A stretch of 64,000 bases of DNA from Candidatus Caccovivens sp. (GCA_051888935.1 JBJFCL010000001.1:2852-66851); one strand, 5' to 3'. Positions 1 through 9,788 are shown, counted from the first letter of the stretch. Translations and numbers: made by a program. The notes: generated from the sequence alone by a model not told the origin.

Positions 1-1
1 C

Positions 2-112
2 TTTAAAGATATTGTTGTTGGCAATGCACAAAGCAAAGATGAAGTTGACACAAACAAAAAGCAAAAGTTTGACGATGCCATCAAAACAACACAAGAAATA
101 TTTGCAAAATAG
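2..112 (+). CDS. 3' end of an unidentified CDS entering from upstream of the window (...DDAIKTTQEIFAK*)
   Basis: Frame open from the window edge to TAG at 110-112. The 36 aa show no recognisable motif. Confidence 0.3.
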   Translation, partial: FKDIVVGNAQSKDEVDTNKKQKFDDAIKTTQEIFAK

Positions 113-136
113 TCAAGTCAAACTTGATTATTTTTT
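113..136 (+). terminator. Weak intrinsic terminator
   Basis: Stem TCAAGT (113-118) / ACTTGA (122-127) followed by TTATTTTTT. Confidence 0.4.
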
Positions 137-152
137 GTTTATGTGATATATT
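124..152 (+). promoter_or_regulatory. Promoter placed for a leaderless ABC transporter mRNA
   Basis: TTGATT (124-129), 17-nt spacer, TGaTATATT (144-152), then 6 nt to the ATG at 159. No Shine-Dalgarno. Confidence 0.5.
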
Positions 153-158
153 TGAGAC

Positions 159-1937
159 ATGAAAAGGAATTTGGATTCTTATTTTAAAAAATATGCATGG
201 GCAATTGCTCTTTATATTTTTTTAAATATTGCTGGCAGTGCTTGTTCAGTTTTTATAACTATTTTATCTGCAGATATGGTGGAACAAATCACATTTGAAC
301 TTTATCAAAAAGCTATTCATTCAGCACTGTTTATCATGCTGTTGTTGATAGTGGCCCGTATTTTTTGGTGGATTTGCTCTTATATTTATGCCAAATATTC
401 TTCAAAAATTATGATGGATTTGAATTACGATCTTTCTAGGCAAGCTTTTAAACTCAATTCAAAAACTTATTCCGACCACAATACTGGTACTTTTGTCCAA
501 AGAATCGTGGGAGACCCACAAGTGTTGGTCAACAATTTGGCTGGCATTGTCGAGATTGCCATTGATATAGTTTCTTATTTGGTGATTTTCATTTATGTTG
601 CGACATTAAATATATGGATTTCATTGTCGCTTATAATTTTAATTGTTATTAGCGGGACGCTTGAATTCTATAGAGTGAGAGTACTTAGAAAAAATAGGAA
701 AACGCTTCGTGCCCAAAACGACAAAGTTCGTTCACTCACAACTGAAATCGTGAAGAGTGAGAAAGATATAAAATCAATGGGGTTGGAAGAAAAACTGAGT
801 GAAACTTCAAAAGAATATTACGAAAATTTGCAAAATTTGAACTTTAAAGCAACCAAAACCAATTCAAATCTTAGACAAATTAGAACTTTGATAATAAATT
901 TAGGGATAGTGGCAACGCTTATTTTGGGTATTGTGCTTATGCAAAAGGCTTTGATCGGTATTGCAACATTTATGATTGTGTATTCCAACAAAGGTAGTGT
1001 GTTCAGCATTGTAAATGGAGTCGGAAATATCGGCAATATGTGGGCAGATATTAAAGTTTCGACTGAACGCATGTTTGCCCTTTTTGATGAAGAAGAATTT
1101 GTTACAGAAAAATTTGGTGCACTTAACTTGGACAACGTCTCACAAATTGGCGGTGAAATTGAATTTGATAATGTTGGTTATACATACCGTGAATATCAAT
1201 ATTCTGACAAAACAAAATTAAAAAAAGGTCAAAAAGCTGAAGTCAAAACAATCTCTGAAAATCATATATTTGAAAACTTGTCTTTCAAAATTCAACCTAA
1301 TACCACAGTGGCGTTTGTGGGAAAGAGTGGAAGTGGAAAATCGACTATATTGAATTTGATGTCAAAGCTGTTTGAAGCGGAAAGTGGGCGCGTGCTCATC
1401 GATGGAACAAATATAAATGATTTATCAAAAGATAGTTTGAGAAGAACAATTTCTCTTGTAAATCAATTCCCTTACATATTTGATATGTCAATCAAAGACA
1501 ACTTACTGCTTGCAAAATCAGATGCGACAGATGAAGAGATTGACAACGCAATCAAAAATTCTTGCTTAGATGAGTTTGTTTCCACATTGCCACTTGGACT
1601 TTACACTAAAGTTGGAGAAAGCGGTATTAAGTTGTCCGGTGGTCAAAAACAGAGAGTTGCTATTGCAAGGGCACTCTTGAGAAATTCTCCTATCATAATC
1701 TTTGACGAAAGCACAAGTTCTTTGGATAATTTTGCTCAAACAGAAATCAAAAAGAGTATTGATAACCTTAAAGGAAAAAGTACCGTTGTTATTGTGGCAC
1801 ACAGACTTTCGACAATCAAAGATGTGGACAAGATATTCTTCTTAGATGAGGGAAAAATTGTGGATACTGGCACTTTTGATGAATTGTTCAACAGAAATGA
1901 AAAATTTAAGGCGATGTTCTTAGCTGAAAATATTTAA
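159..1937 (+). CDS. ABC transporter, fused permease/ATP-binding protein (MsbA/exporter type)
   Basis: N-terminal multi-TM region. Walker A GKSGSGKST, signature LSGGQKQR, Walker B IIIFDEST. Confidence 0.9.
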   Translation: MKRNLDSYFKKYAWAIALYIFLNIAGSACSVFITILSADMVEQITFELYQKAIHSALFIMLLLIVARIFWWICSYIYAKYSSKIMMDLNYDLSRQAFKLNSKTYSDHNTGTFVQRIVGDPQVLVNNLAGIVEIAIDIVSYLVIFIYVATLNIWISLSLIILIVISGTLEFYRVRVLRKNRKTLRAQNDKVRSLTTEIVKSEKDIKSMGLEEKLSETSKEYYENLQNLNFKATKTNSNLRQIRTLIINLGIVATLILGIVLMQKALIGIATFMIVYSNKGSVFSIVNGVGNIGNMWADIKVSTERMFALFDEEEFVTEKFGALNLDNVSQIGGEIEFDNVGYTYREYQYSDKTKLKKGQKAEVKTISENHIFENLSFKIQPNTTVAFVGKSGSGKSTILNLMSKLFEAESGRVLIDGTNINDLSKDSLRRTISLVNQFPYIFDMSIKDNLLLAKSDATDEEIDNAIKNSCLDEFVSTLPLGLYTKVGESGIKLSGGQKQRVAIARALLRNSPIIIFDESTSSLDNFAQTEIKKSIDNLKGKSTVVIVAHRLSTIKDVDKIFFLDEGKIVDTGTFDELFNRNEKFKAMFLAENI

Positions 1938-1995
1938 ACTGGAGAGAATTCTTCAGTTTTTTTGTTAAAAATTTTTGAGAATTTTTTAAAAATCA

Positions 1996-2024
1996 TTGAC
2001 ATAATATTTTATATTTGATAAAAT
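1996..2024 (+). promoter_or_regulatory. Sigma-A type promoter for tRNA-Asn
   Basis: TTGACA (1996-2001), 17-nt spacer, TGaTAAAAT (2016-2024), about 20 nt before the tRNA 5' end. Confidence 0.55.
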
Positions 2025-2044
2025 ATGGCAGTAACCGTTGATAT

Positions 2045-2119
2045 TCCGGAGTAGCTCAGCGGTGGAGCAGGCGGCTGTTAACCGCAAGGTCGAAGGTTCG
2101 AATCCTTTCTCCGGAGCCA
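2045..2119 (+). tRNA. tRNA-Asn (anticodon GTT), CCA encoded
   Basis: Cloverleaf read by hand. Acceptor TCCGGAG/CTCCGGA, D arm GCTC..GAGC, anticodon loop CTGTTAA, T arm GAAGG-TTCGAAT-CCTTT, then G-CCA. Confidence 0.9.
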
Positions 2120-2122
2120 TAG

Positions 2123-2153
2123 AGCGTGACGAAATGTCATGCTTTATTTTTTT
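2123..2153 (+). terminator. Intrinsic terminator after tRNA-Asn
   Basis: Stem AGCGTGAC (2123-2130) / GTCATGCT (2136-2143, one G:T pair) followed by a T-rich run, 2144-2153. Confidence 0.6.
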
Positions 2154-2304
2154 AGTTTTAACCTTGCGGACAGCACGGGAGTGCTGTGTTTGCAAAGCAA
2201 ACTTAACAGCCGTAGGCTTATGCAAACAAATTAAATCCAACAAAATATTTTCAGAAGGTTTTGATATTGCTTTTATTTATGCTATAATGAAAAAGAGGTA
2301 TTAT

Positions 2305-3459
2305 ATGAAGAAAAAGATTTTGGTTACTTTTGTGGAAGCAGGCATGGGGCATATCACAACCGCTCAAGCTGTGCTGGACGCATTGAATTTATGTAAAGAT
2401 GAAGATGTTGAGATTATTCCAAAGAATATCTTTCACGAAAATGATATTTTGAGAAAGTATGAGCAATTTTTGGTCAATCAGACAAAGAAATCAAGTTCCA
2501 GCCCTCTTCATTCAAGAGCACAACTTGTCTCTATGCATCTTCTTGGTTCACAAAACACTCTCAAGCTTGTTAATGGTTTTATCTATGGCAAACAGAAAAA
2601 GCTTTATATTGAAGAGTTAAAGAAAATTAAACCAGATATCATCATTGACACGCATTATTTTACATCATATGCTTCGGTTTGTTATCGCGACAAGTATGCG
2701 CCAGATTGCAAAGTTGTGACGTACGACCCAGACAACAATGTTCATGGTTGGTGGGACAGAAGAGTGGACTATTTTATTGTAAATAACGAGCAGGCGCTTG
2801 ATGAAGCAATAAACAAAAGGAAGTTCTCGAAAGAAAAAGTTAAGCGTGTGTTCTTTATCACTCGTCAAGGAGTGGTAAATTGTAATGAAAGTAAAGATTT
2901 CTATCGCAAAAAATACAACATTCCACATGACCAATTTGCAGTTAAACTTGCAGATGGTGCATATGCTAATGCAAAAATGCGTAGTTTTGTGTATGAACTC
3001 TGCAAAACAGACAAACCTCTTACCATTGTGGCAATCGCAGGAAGAAATAAAAAGTTATATAATGAACTTATGGAATTTAAGAAAAACCTTCCAAAAAATG
3101 TTAATCTGATGCCATTTGAGTTTGTGCCAGAGGTTTACGAAATCTGCAAAGCGTGCGATTTGTTTATAACAAAAGGTGGGCCGAACGCAGTGCTTGACAG
3201 CGTTTTTGTTCAGACTCCTGTTGTCATCAATTATTATGCAAACAATATAGAGGGGACTACTAAAAAACTTTTTGTTGACAGACTGGGGTGTGGATTATTT
3301 ATCAAGAATAAAGTTAGAGCGAGAAAGTTTGTGGAAGATTGTGTTGACAATCCAAAAATTTTGCAACCTTTTGTGAAGAATGAGCAGAAACTGGACAAGA
3401 CTCAAAATGGTGCACAAGAAATTGCCGACTTTGTGCTTGAACTTGTGCAAAAAAGTTAA
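2305..3459 (+). CDS. Glycolipid (diacylglycerol) glycosyltransferase, MGDG-synthase/UgtP-like GT28 family
   Basis: Starts MKKKILVTFVEAGMGHITTAQAV, the typical N-terminus of this family. RBS AAGAGG lies upstream of the ATG at 2305, and a TATAAT is at 2282-2287. The longer track ORF (2038) runs through the tRNA and was trimmed. Confidence 0.6.
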   Translation: MKKKILVTFVEAGMGHITTAQAVLDALNLCKDEDVEIIPKNIFHENDILRKYEQFLVNQTKKSSSSPLHSRAQLVSMHLLGSQNTLKLVNGFIYGKQKKLYIEELKKIKPDIIIDTHYFTSYASVCYRDKYAPDCKVVTYDPDNNVHGWWDRRVDYFIVNNEQALDEAINKRKFSKEKVKRVFFITRQGVVNCNESKDFYRKKYNIPHDQFAVKLADGAYANAKMRSFVYELCKTDKPLTIVAIAGRNKKLYNELMEFKKNLPKNVNLMPFEFVPEVYEICKACDLFITKGGPNAVLDSVFVQTPVVINYYANNIEGTTKKLFVDRLGCGLFIKNKVRARKFVEDCVDNPKILQPFVKNEQKLDKTQNGAQEIADFVLELVQKS

Positions 3460-3472
3460 ATTAAACTATAAC

Positions 3473-3500
3473 AAAAAATAGCCTTGATGGGCTATTTTTT
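3473..3500. terminator. Bidirectional intrinsic terminator between convergent genes
   Basis: A-run, stem ATAGCC (3478-3483) / GGCTAT (3490-3495), then T-run. Confidence 0.6.
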
Positions 3501-3505
3501 AATAA

Positions 3506-4354
3506 TTATTGAAAATCTTCGGAATTAAACCATTCTGGTTCTTTTATTTCATGGTTATATTTTGATATTGTAATGGCGGTTTTCACAAATTTTAAATCTT
3601 TTCCGTCAAATCCTAGCGAGTTAATTTCCATGGATAATTCCAACATTTTGTTGCGAGTGTCAAATTTTAAAATCAAACTGACGCTTCCTTCATCTTTATT
3701 TTTTTGCAATGTTTCGTCTTCACCAAATAAACCTTCTGCACCCAATCCAAGTTCTTGGGATTTTGCCATAACATAATCGACATATTTTGGCATATCAATA
3801 TTCATTGCAAAAGAATAGCCTGTGTTAGACAAAGTTTTTGTTACTTGACTTTTGTATATTGTCGCCCACGCATCTTCTATGAAAAGGAGGTCAATATAAA
3901 TGGCGTCAAAGGATTGTAAAATTATTCCAAAATAAGAATTGTTTAAATCGTTTTTGTTTAAACCTGTGTTATATTTTGAATAAGCATTACTCCCGTCATA
4001 ATATTCTAAATGATTATCGGAACTTTGAAGAGAATATTTTGTCCAATTCAAGTTTTGCCTTTCTACTTCTCCGGATATGGTATCTCCAAAATCTGTGTTG
4101 CCTTGTATTGACACCGACGCTGTCTTAAATTTAACAAAAACATTGCGATTTTCCGAGATATTCGTTGCACATACATGTTGAGTTTGTAAGTTATTTTCGT
4201 CTAATGTTAGTGCATTGACGATTATTTCTTTTGCTTGCGACAACGAGACGCTGGAAACATTTGATTCTTTCGGTGGATTTTCGCAACCTACCAACATTCC
4301 ACTCCCCATAGTTAACATCAGCATTAAACATAAAATAATTCTTAACTTTTTCAT
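3506..4354 (-). CDS. Putative lipoprotein, function unknown
   Basis: Start taken at MKKLRIILCLMLMLTMGSGMLVGC, a signal peptide with lipobox LVGC. AAGGA lies upstream. Start trimmed from track ORF 3506..4405. Confidence 0.6.
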   Translation of the reverse strand: MKKLRIILCLMLMLTMGSGMLVGCENPPKESNVSSVSLSQAKEIIVNALTLDENNLQTQHVCATNISENRNVFVKFKTASVSIQGNTDFGDTISGEVERQNLNWTKYSLQSSDNHLEYYDGSNAYSKYNTGLNKNDLNNSYFGIILQSFDAIYIDLLFIEDAWATIYKSQVTKTLSNTGYSFAMNIDMPKYVDYVMAKSQELGLGAEGLFGEDETLQKNKDEGSVSLILKFDTRNKMLELSMEINSLGFDGKDLKFVKTAITISKYNHEIKEPEWFNSEDFQ

Positions 4355-4508
4355 ATCATTTCCTTTTAATGAAAACACTATATCATAAAAGTTGATAATA
4401 ATCAAAACAATTAACTTTTAATAAATACAAATTTTTATATGATTGTTATATGCTTGGTGGTTATAAAGACGATAAATACAATTTCTTTATTTTTCTTTTG
4501 AAAAACCG

Positions 4509-4537
4509 TTGACAAAGGTAGATTGGTTTGGTATAAT
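4509..4537 (+). promoter_or_regulatory. Consensus sigma-A promoter of the S10 ribosomal operon
   Basis: TTGACA (4509-4514), exactly 17 nt, TATAAT (4532-4537). Confidence 0.7.
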
Positions 4538-4543
4538 GTGTTT

Positions 4544-4808
4544 GCTGTTATTTATGGGAAGAAGTGCAAGGTTACCGACACTTACTCGAGCAGTGAGCGG
4601 AGAACTTGCATCGACCAGAGTCTTGGACAAAGATTCCGAGGCGCCCAAGATGACATTTTTTTAAGTCAAACAGCGTGACACACACGGAATAGTGTTCGAC
4701 TAGTTGAAAATTGTTGTGGGAACAATTAAGCAATCAAGGAAGACTTGAAACCGTAATAAAAAAATGCAACATTTTGGTGAGAAATTACTAGGAGGTAAAA
4801 AAGAAAAA
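4544..4808 (+). promoter_or_regulatory. Long (about 265 nt) structured 5' leader of rpsJ
   Basis: No credible ORF. Helix TGCAAGGTT (4565-4573) / AACTTGCA (4603-4610). Stem TCTTGG (4621-4626) / CCAAGA (4645-4650). T7 run at 4656-4662. Perfect 7-bp hairpin 4709-4715/4721-4727. Confidence 0.35.
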
Positions 4809-5117
4809 ATGGCAACACAAAAAATGAGAATTAAACTTAGAGCCTATGAACACACACTCATTGATGAAGCTTGCAAGAGAATTATTGACACTGCTGGCAA
4901 GAATGGTGCAAAAGTTAGTGGCCCTATTCCACTTCCAACAGACAGAGAAGTGGTTACTGTGATTCGTTCTCCTCACAAGTACAAAGATTCCAGAGAACAA
5001 TTTGAAAGCAAAACCCACAAAAGACTTATTGATATCTACAATCCAAACGCTAAGGCAATCGACGCTCTTATGAAACTTGAATTGCCAGCAGGTGTTGAGA
5101 TAAATATCAAACTGTAA
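4809..5117 (+). CDS. rpsJ: 30S ribosomal protein S10
   Basis: [10 protein letters not shown]...GPIPLPT motif. AGGAGG upstream of the ATG at 4809. First gene of the conserved operon order. Confidence 0.97.
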   Translation: MATQKMRIKLRAYEHTLIDEACKRIIDTAGKNGAKVSGPIPLPTDREVVTVIRSPHKYKDSREQFESKTHKRLIDIYNPNAKAIDALMKLELPAGVEINIKL

Positions 5118-5131
5118 GGAGGTAAAGAAAA

Positions 5132-5755
5132 GTGAAAGCAATATTAGGTAAAAAACTTGGTATGACACAGGTCTTTACCGAAGATGGTTTGGTTATACCT
5201 GTGACTGTTGTTGAAGCTGGTCCTATGACCGTTGTTCAAAAGAAGACAACAGAAGTTGATGGTTATGAAGCACAAGTTTTTGCTTTTGACCAAAAGAAGA
5301 AAAATGTCACAAAACCTCAAAAAGGAGTTTTTGACAAAGCAAAGGTTGAACCTTTCAAAGTTTTGAGAGAATTTGATATTGACTCAAATTTGGAAGTTGG
5401 TGCTGTGGTAAAAGCAGACATCTTTGCAGAAAAAGATAAAGTCGATGTAATGGGCATCACAAAGGGACATGGTTTTTCAGGGGTTATTAAGAGATGGAAT
5501 CAACACAGACTTAAAATGACTCACGGTACTGGACCTGTTCACAGAGAAGTTGGTTCAATGAGTGCAAACTCAACACCATCTCGTGTGTTTAAGAACAAAC
5601 ATATGCCTGGACAATATGGAAACGAAAGAGTTACCATTCAAAACTTGGAAATTGTTAAAGTTGACGCTGAAAGAAACTTACTCCTCATTCGCGGAAATGT
5701 TCCTGGAAACAAAGGCGCAATCTTGACAATCAGACAGTCTGTTAAGGCTAAATAA
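5132..5755 (+). CDS. rplC: 50S ribosomal protein L3
   Basis: GTG start after [15 protein letters not shown]-terminus. Operon order. Confidence 0.96.
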   Translation: MKAILGKKLGMTQVFTEDGLVIPVTVVEAGPMTVVQKKTTEVDGYEAQVFAFDQKKKNVTKPQKGVFDKAKVEPFKVLREFDIDSNLEVGAVVKADIFAEKDKVDVMGITKGHGFSGVIKRWNQHRLKMTHGTGPVHREVGSMSANSTPSRVFKNKHMPGQYGNERVTIQNLEIVKVDAERNLLLIRGNVPGNKGAILTIRQSVKAK

Positions 5756-5766
5756 GGAGAGAGGAA

Positions 5767-6390
5767 ATGGCACAAGTTAAAGTTTTTAATATGAACGCGG
5801 AAGAGGTCGGCTCACTTAAACTTAATGACGAAGTTTTCGGCGTAGAATACAACGAACCTCTCATTCACGAAGTTGTTGTTGCTTACAATGCCAACCAAAG
5901 ACAAGGCAACAAGAGCACACTCACAAGAAGTGAAGTTAGAGGTCATTCAGCAAAGCCTTACAGACAAAAAGGTACAGGTAGGGCAAGACAAGGTTCAACA
6001 AAAGGACCACAATTCATTGGAGGCGGAGTTGTTTTTGCTCCAAAGCCAAGAGACTTTTCAAAGAAAGTTAACAAAACTGCTAAGCGTACTGCACTTTTGA
6101 GCGCACTTAGCCAAAAACTTGCTCAAAACGAAATCACAGTTCTTGACAAGTTTGAAATTGCATCTGCAAAAACAAAAGATGCACAAAAATTCTTGAATGC
6201 ATTCAAGTTTAATGGTTCAGTTTTGGTTGTTTCTTCAAACAACTCTGACAAAGAACTTGTTGCAATCAGAAACATTCCAACTCTTGAAACAACATCAGTT
6301 GAACTTTTGAATGTTTATGACATTGTTTCAAACAAAAATGTTGTGCTTACGGAAGGTGCAATCAAATACTTAGAGGAGGCAAATGCATAA
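5767..6390 (+). CDS. rplD: 50S ribosomal protein L4
   Basis: KPYRQKGTGRARQGS motif. Operon order. Confidence 0.96.
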   Translation: MAQVKVFNMNAEEVGSLKLNDEVFGVEYNEPLIHEVVVAYNANQRQGNKSTLTRSEVRGHSAKPYRQKGTGRARQGSTKGPQFIGGGVVFAPKPRDFSKKVNKTAKRTALLSALSQKLAQNEITVLDKFEIASAKTKDAQKFLNAFKFNGSVLVVSSNNSDKELVAIRNIPTLETTSVELLNVYDIVSNKNVVLTEGAIKYLEEANA

Positions 6391-6692
6391 TGGAAGCAAA
6401 CGAAGTTATCATCAGACCGCTTCTTACAGAAAAGAGTTATGCCGGAATTCAAAACAAAGTTTACAGTTTTGTTGTAAACAAGAAAGCAAACAAAGTCGAA
6501 ATTGCACAAGCAGTCGAAACAATGTTTAATGTTGAAGTGGCAAAAGTTAATACTCTTATTGTTAAGGGACACAAAAAATCACAAAACACAAAGACAGGCA
6601 GAACAACTGGCATGACAAGTGACTACAAAAAAGCAGTTGTCACACTCACAGAAAAGTCAAAGCCAATCGCGTTCTTTGAAAGCTTGTCATAA
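6390..6692 (+). CDS. rplW: 50S ribosomal protein L23
   Basis: [11 protein letters not shown]-terminus. TAATG overlap with rplD. Confidence 0.95.
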   Translation: MEANEVIIRPLLTEKSYAGIQNKVYSFVVNKKANKVEIAQAVETMFNVEVAKVNTLIVKGHKKSQNTKTGRTTGMTSDYKKAVVTLTEKSKPIAFFESLS

Positions 6693-6706
6693 AAAGGAGA
6701 GGGAAA

Positions 6707-7534
6707 ATGGCTATTATAAAAAGTAATCCAACTTCTGCCGGAAGAAGATTCTATTCCAAACTTTCGACCGAAGAACTAACAAAGAAAGAACCTGAAAAGT
6801 CTCTCCTTGCTGTTAAGAAGAAACACGCTGGCAGAAACGCACAGGGAAAAATTACTGTTCGTCATCAAGGTGGCGGAAACAGACAGAAGTATCGTATTAT
6901 CGACTTCAAAAGAAACAAGGACAATATTCCTGCAAAAGTTGTTGCAATCGAATATGACCCAAACAGAACTGCTTACATCGCACTTCTTTCTTATAAAGAT
7001 GGCGAAAAGAGATATATAATCGCTCCGGTTGGACTTAAAGTTGGCGATATTCTCATGAGCGGAAGCGGTGTGGAAATCAGAGTTGGAAACAATCTTCCAC
7101 TTTCAGATATTCCAGTTGGTTCACTTGTACACAACATTGAACTTGAACCTAAGAAGGGTGGACAACTTGCTCGTTCTGCTGGTGCCGAAGTTCAACTTAT
7201 GGCTAAGGAAGGAAAGTATGCAACACTTCGTCTTCCATCAGGCGAAATGAGAAAAGTTTTGCTTGCTTGCCGTGCAACAATCGGTACTGTTGGCAATCTT
7301 GACCATGAACTCGTTTCTCTTGGTAAAGCAGGAAGAAAGAGACATATGGGTGTTCGTCCAACCGTTCGTGGTGTTGTTATGAACCCTAATGACCACCCAC
7401 ACGGCGGTGGTGAAGGTAAGAGCCCAGTTGGTATGGCAAGCCCTGTTACACCTTGGGGTAAACCTGCTCTTGGACTTAAAACCAGAAAGAAGAAAAATAA
7501 ATCTAACCGTTTGATGGTTAAGAGAGTAAACTAG
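6707..7534 (+). CDS. rplB: 50S ribosomal protein L2
   Basis: [11 protein letters not shown] motif. 275 aa. Confidence 0.97.
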   Translation: MAIIKSNPTSAGRRFYSKLSTEELTKKEPEKSLLAVKKKHAGRNAQGKITVRHQGGGNRQKYRIIDFKRNKDNIPAKVVAIEYDPNRTAYIALLSYKDGEKRYIIAPVGLKVGDILMSGSGVEIRVGNNLPLSDIPVGSLVHNIELEPKKGGQLARSAGAEVQLMAKEGKYATLRLPSGEMRKVLLACRATIGTVGNLDHELVSLGKAGRKRHMGVRPTVRGVVMNPNDHPHGGGEGKSPVGMASPVTPWGKPALGLKTRKKKNKSNRLMVKRVN

Positions 7535-7544
7535 GAGGCGCGAA

Positions 7545-7823
7545 ATGAGTAAAGAAAGAAAAATGCCTTATGTAAGCCCAAAACTTATGAAAAAAGTTAA
7601 TGAAATGGCTGAAAGTGGTGTTAAGAAACCTATTAAAACTTGGTCAAGACGCTCAACAATCTATCCAGAATTTATAGGTTTTACATTCGCTGTTCATAAT
7701 GGCAAAAAGCACATTCCTGTTTATGTTACAGCTGACATGGTTGGACATAAACTTGGCGAATTCTCATTGACTAGAACCTTCAAAGGACATGCGGGACAAA
7801 AACAATCCGCAAAAATGAGATAA
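7545..7823 (+). CDS. rpsS: 30S ribosomal protein S19
   Basis: [16 protein letters not shown] motif. Confidence 0.96.
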   Translation: MSKERKMPYVSPKLMKKVNEMAESGVKKPIKTWSRRSTIYPEFIGFTFAVHNGKKHIPVYVTADMVGHKLGEFSLTRTFKGHAGQKQSAKMR

Positions 7824-7833
7824 GGAGAGAAAG

Positions 7834-8229
7834 ATGGCTACAAGAATTAGACAAAAAGCAGAAAAAAGAGCTGCAAATAAAGACAATCGTCCTTATGCTG
7901 TCGCTAAAGATATCCGTATGAGTTCATCAAAGGTTAGAATCGTTCTGGATAATATCAGAGGCAAGAAAGCAAATGAAGCTGTTGCAATTCTTACTTATAT
8001 GCCACAGACAGGCGCAAGAGAAGCGCTTAAAGTGCTTAAAAGTGCGATTGCAAACGCAGAGAACAACAAATCTCTCTCTTCAGACAATCTTTATGTTGCA
8101 GAATGTTATTCAACCCCTGGCTCAACAATGAAGAGAATATCTTTCAGAGCAAGAGGAAGAGCAGACAGAATTTTGAAAAGAACTTGTCATATTACAATAA
8201 TCCTTGACGAGTTGAAGGAGGCAAAATAA
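7834..8229 (+). CDS. rplV: 50S ribosomal protein L22
   Basis: Position and size fit. IRMSSSKVRIVLDNIRGK motif. Confidence 0.94.
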   Translation: MATRIRQKAEKRAANKDNRPYAVAKDIRMSSSKVRIVLDNIRGKKANEAVAILTYMPQTGAREALKVLKSAIANAENNKSLSSDNLYVAECYSTPGSTMKRISFRARGRADRILKRTCHITIILDELKEAK

Positions 8230-8906
8230 TGGGGCAGAAAGTTAATCCAATAGGACTTAGACTCGGAATCAATAAAGATTGGCAATCAACTTGGTATGCC
8301 AACAAACAAGATTTTGCCGCAAATCTTAAAGAAGACCATGACATTAGAGAATATTTTCACAAAAAACACTCTGGTGCAGGTATTTCCGAAATTCAAATTA
8401 AAAGAACTGAAAACAAACTTGAAATTGATATCTATACAGGCAAACCTGGTATGATTATCGGTAGCAAGGGTGCCGGAATTGAGGCAATTAAGAAAGACCT
8501 CAACAAAATGGTTAAACCAGTTAAAAACCTTGTTTTGAATGTTAAAGAAGTTAAAAAACCTGACCTTGATGCAAGACTTGTTGCTGACTCTATTGCTCAA
8601 CAACTTGAAAAGCGTGTTCAATGGCGTAGAGCGTTGAAACAAGCAATTCAAAGAGTTATGAAAGCAGGAGCAAAAGGTTGCAAAGTTCAAGTTAGTGGTG
8701 TTATTGACGGCGCAAACACAATTGCAAGAACTGAGAAATATATGGAAGGTTCTCTTCCACTTCACACTCTTCGTGCAGATATTGATTATGCAGAGTCATC
8801 AGCATTCACAAACTATGGCAAACTTGGTATCAAATGCTGGATTTATAGAGGCGAAATTTTGTCTAAACAATCCATAAAGGAGGACAAGAACAATGTTAAT
8901 GCCTAA
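8229..8906 (+). CDS. rpsC: 30S ribosomal protein S3
   Basis: [15 protein letters not shown]-terminus. Confidence 0.97.
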   Translation: MGQKVNPIGLRLGINKDWQSTWYANKQDFAANLKEDHDIREYFHKKHSGAGISEIQIKRTENKLEIDIYTGKPGMIIGSKGAGIEAIKKDLNKMVKPVKNLVLNVKEVKKPDLDARLVADSIAQQLEKRVQWRRALKQAIQRVMKAGAKGCKVQVSGVIDGANTIARTEKYMEGSLPLHTLRADIDYAESSAFTNYGKLGIKCWIYRGEILSKQSIKEDKNNVNA

Positions 8907-9336
8907 AAGAGTGAAAAGAAGAAAGGTTATGCGTGGCAGAATGACCGGAAAAGCAACAAAGGGTAACACCTTGGCTTACGGAACATACGGCATGATTGCA
9001 ACGGAACCATGTTGGATTAAATCTAACCAAATCGAAGCCGCTCGTATTGCTCTTACTCGTTATATCAAGCGTGGCGGAAAGGTTTGGATTAAGATTTTCC
9101 CAGACAAACCAGTGACAAAGAAACCTGCTGAAACTCGTATGGGTTCAGGTAAAGGAAATCCAGAATTCTGGGTCGCTGTTGTAAAACCAGGCAGAGTGCT
9201 TTTTGAAATTGAAGGCGTTTCTGAGGAAATGGCCAGAGAAGCTCTTAGACTTGCTGGAAACAAACTTCCTTGCAAGACTAAGTTCATCAAAAAAGAAACT
9301 ACTGTCGTAGAAGGCGGTGAGAAGAATGAAGAATGA
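8893..9336 (+). CDS. rplP: 50S ribosomal protein L16
   Basis: [12 protein letters not shown]-terminus. 14-nt overlap with rpsC. Confidence 0.96.
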   Translation: MLMPKRVKRRKVMRGRMTGKATKGNTLAYGTYGMIATEPCWIKSNQIEAARIALTRYIKRGGKVWIKIFPDKPVTKKPAETRMGSGKGNPEFWVAVVKPGRVLFEIEGVSEEMAREALRLAGNKLPCKTKFIKKETTVVEGGEKNEE

Positions 9337-9538
9337 AGAAATCAAAACTCTTAATCTTGAACAATTGAATGCAAGACTTAAAGAACTGAAAAACGAACTC
9401 TTTAATCTTCGTTTTTCAAATGCTACAAGAAATTTGGCAAATCCTCTTGCTATCAGAAATGTAAGAAGAGAAATTGCCAGAGTTCAAACTGCAATTAGAC
9501 AGTTGGAAATTGGAGGAAACAACGATGGAAACAAGTAG
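9326..9538 (+). CDS. rpmC: 50S ribosomal protein L29
   Basis: [10 protein letters not shown] motif. Start taken at MKNEEIK; the track ORF starts 9 nt earlier. Confidence 0.9.
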   Translation: MKNEEIKTLNLEQLNARLKELKNELFNLRFSNATRNLANPLAIRNVRREIARVQTAIRQLEIGGNNDGNK

Positions 9539-9788
9539 AAATATGAGAAACACTAGACAGGGCGTGGTTGTAAACGCTGGAACTATGGACAAAACTGTCG
9601 TTGTTAAGGTGTCTTACAGAGTTAAAGACCCAAAAATCAAAAAAGTCGTTCAAAAATCAAAGAAATTCAAAGCACACGATGAAAACAACGAATGTGGAAT
9701 TGGCGACACCGTAATAATTATGGAAACTCGTCCACTTTCAAAAGAAAAATATCACAGAGTTGTTAAAATCGTCGAAAAAGCTAAGTAA
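9525..9788 (+). CDS. rpsQ: 30S ribosomal protein S17
   Basis: RQGVVVNAGTMDKTVVVKV motif. Start taken at METSRN, which overlaps the end of rpmC. Confidence 0.9.
   Translation: METSRNMRNTRQGVVVNAGTMDKTVVVKVSYRVKDPKIKKVVQKSKKFKAHDENNECGIGDTVIIMETRPLSKEKYHRVVKIVEKAK

Noticed and set aside
1986-2304. Track ORFs 1986..2243 (minus) and the 5' part of 2038..3459 (plus).
   Set aside because: Both run straight through the tRNA-Asn gene and its terminator. The glycosyltransferase has a proper promoter, RBS and family-typical N-terminus at 2305.
4764-4808. In-frame upstream ATG that would extend S10 by 15 aa.
   Set aside because: There is no RBS before 4764, whereas AGGAGG precedes the ATG at 4809. 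That start gives the canonical 102-aa S10.
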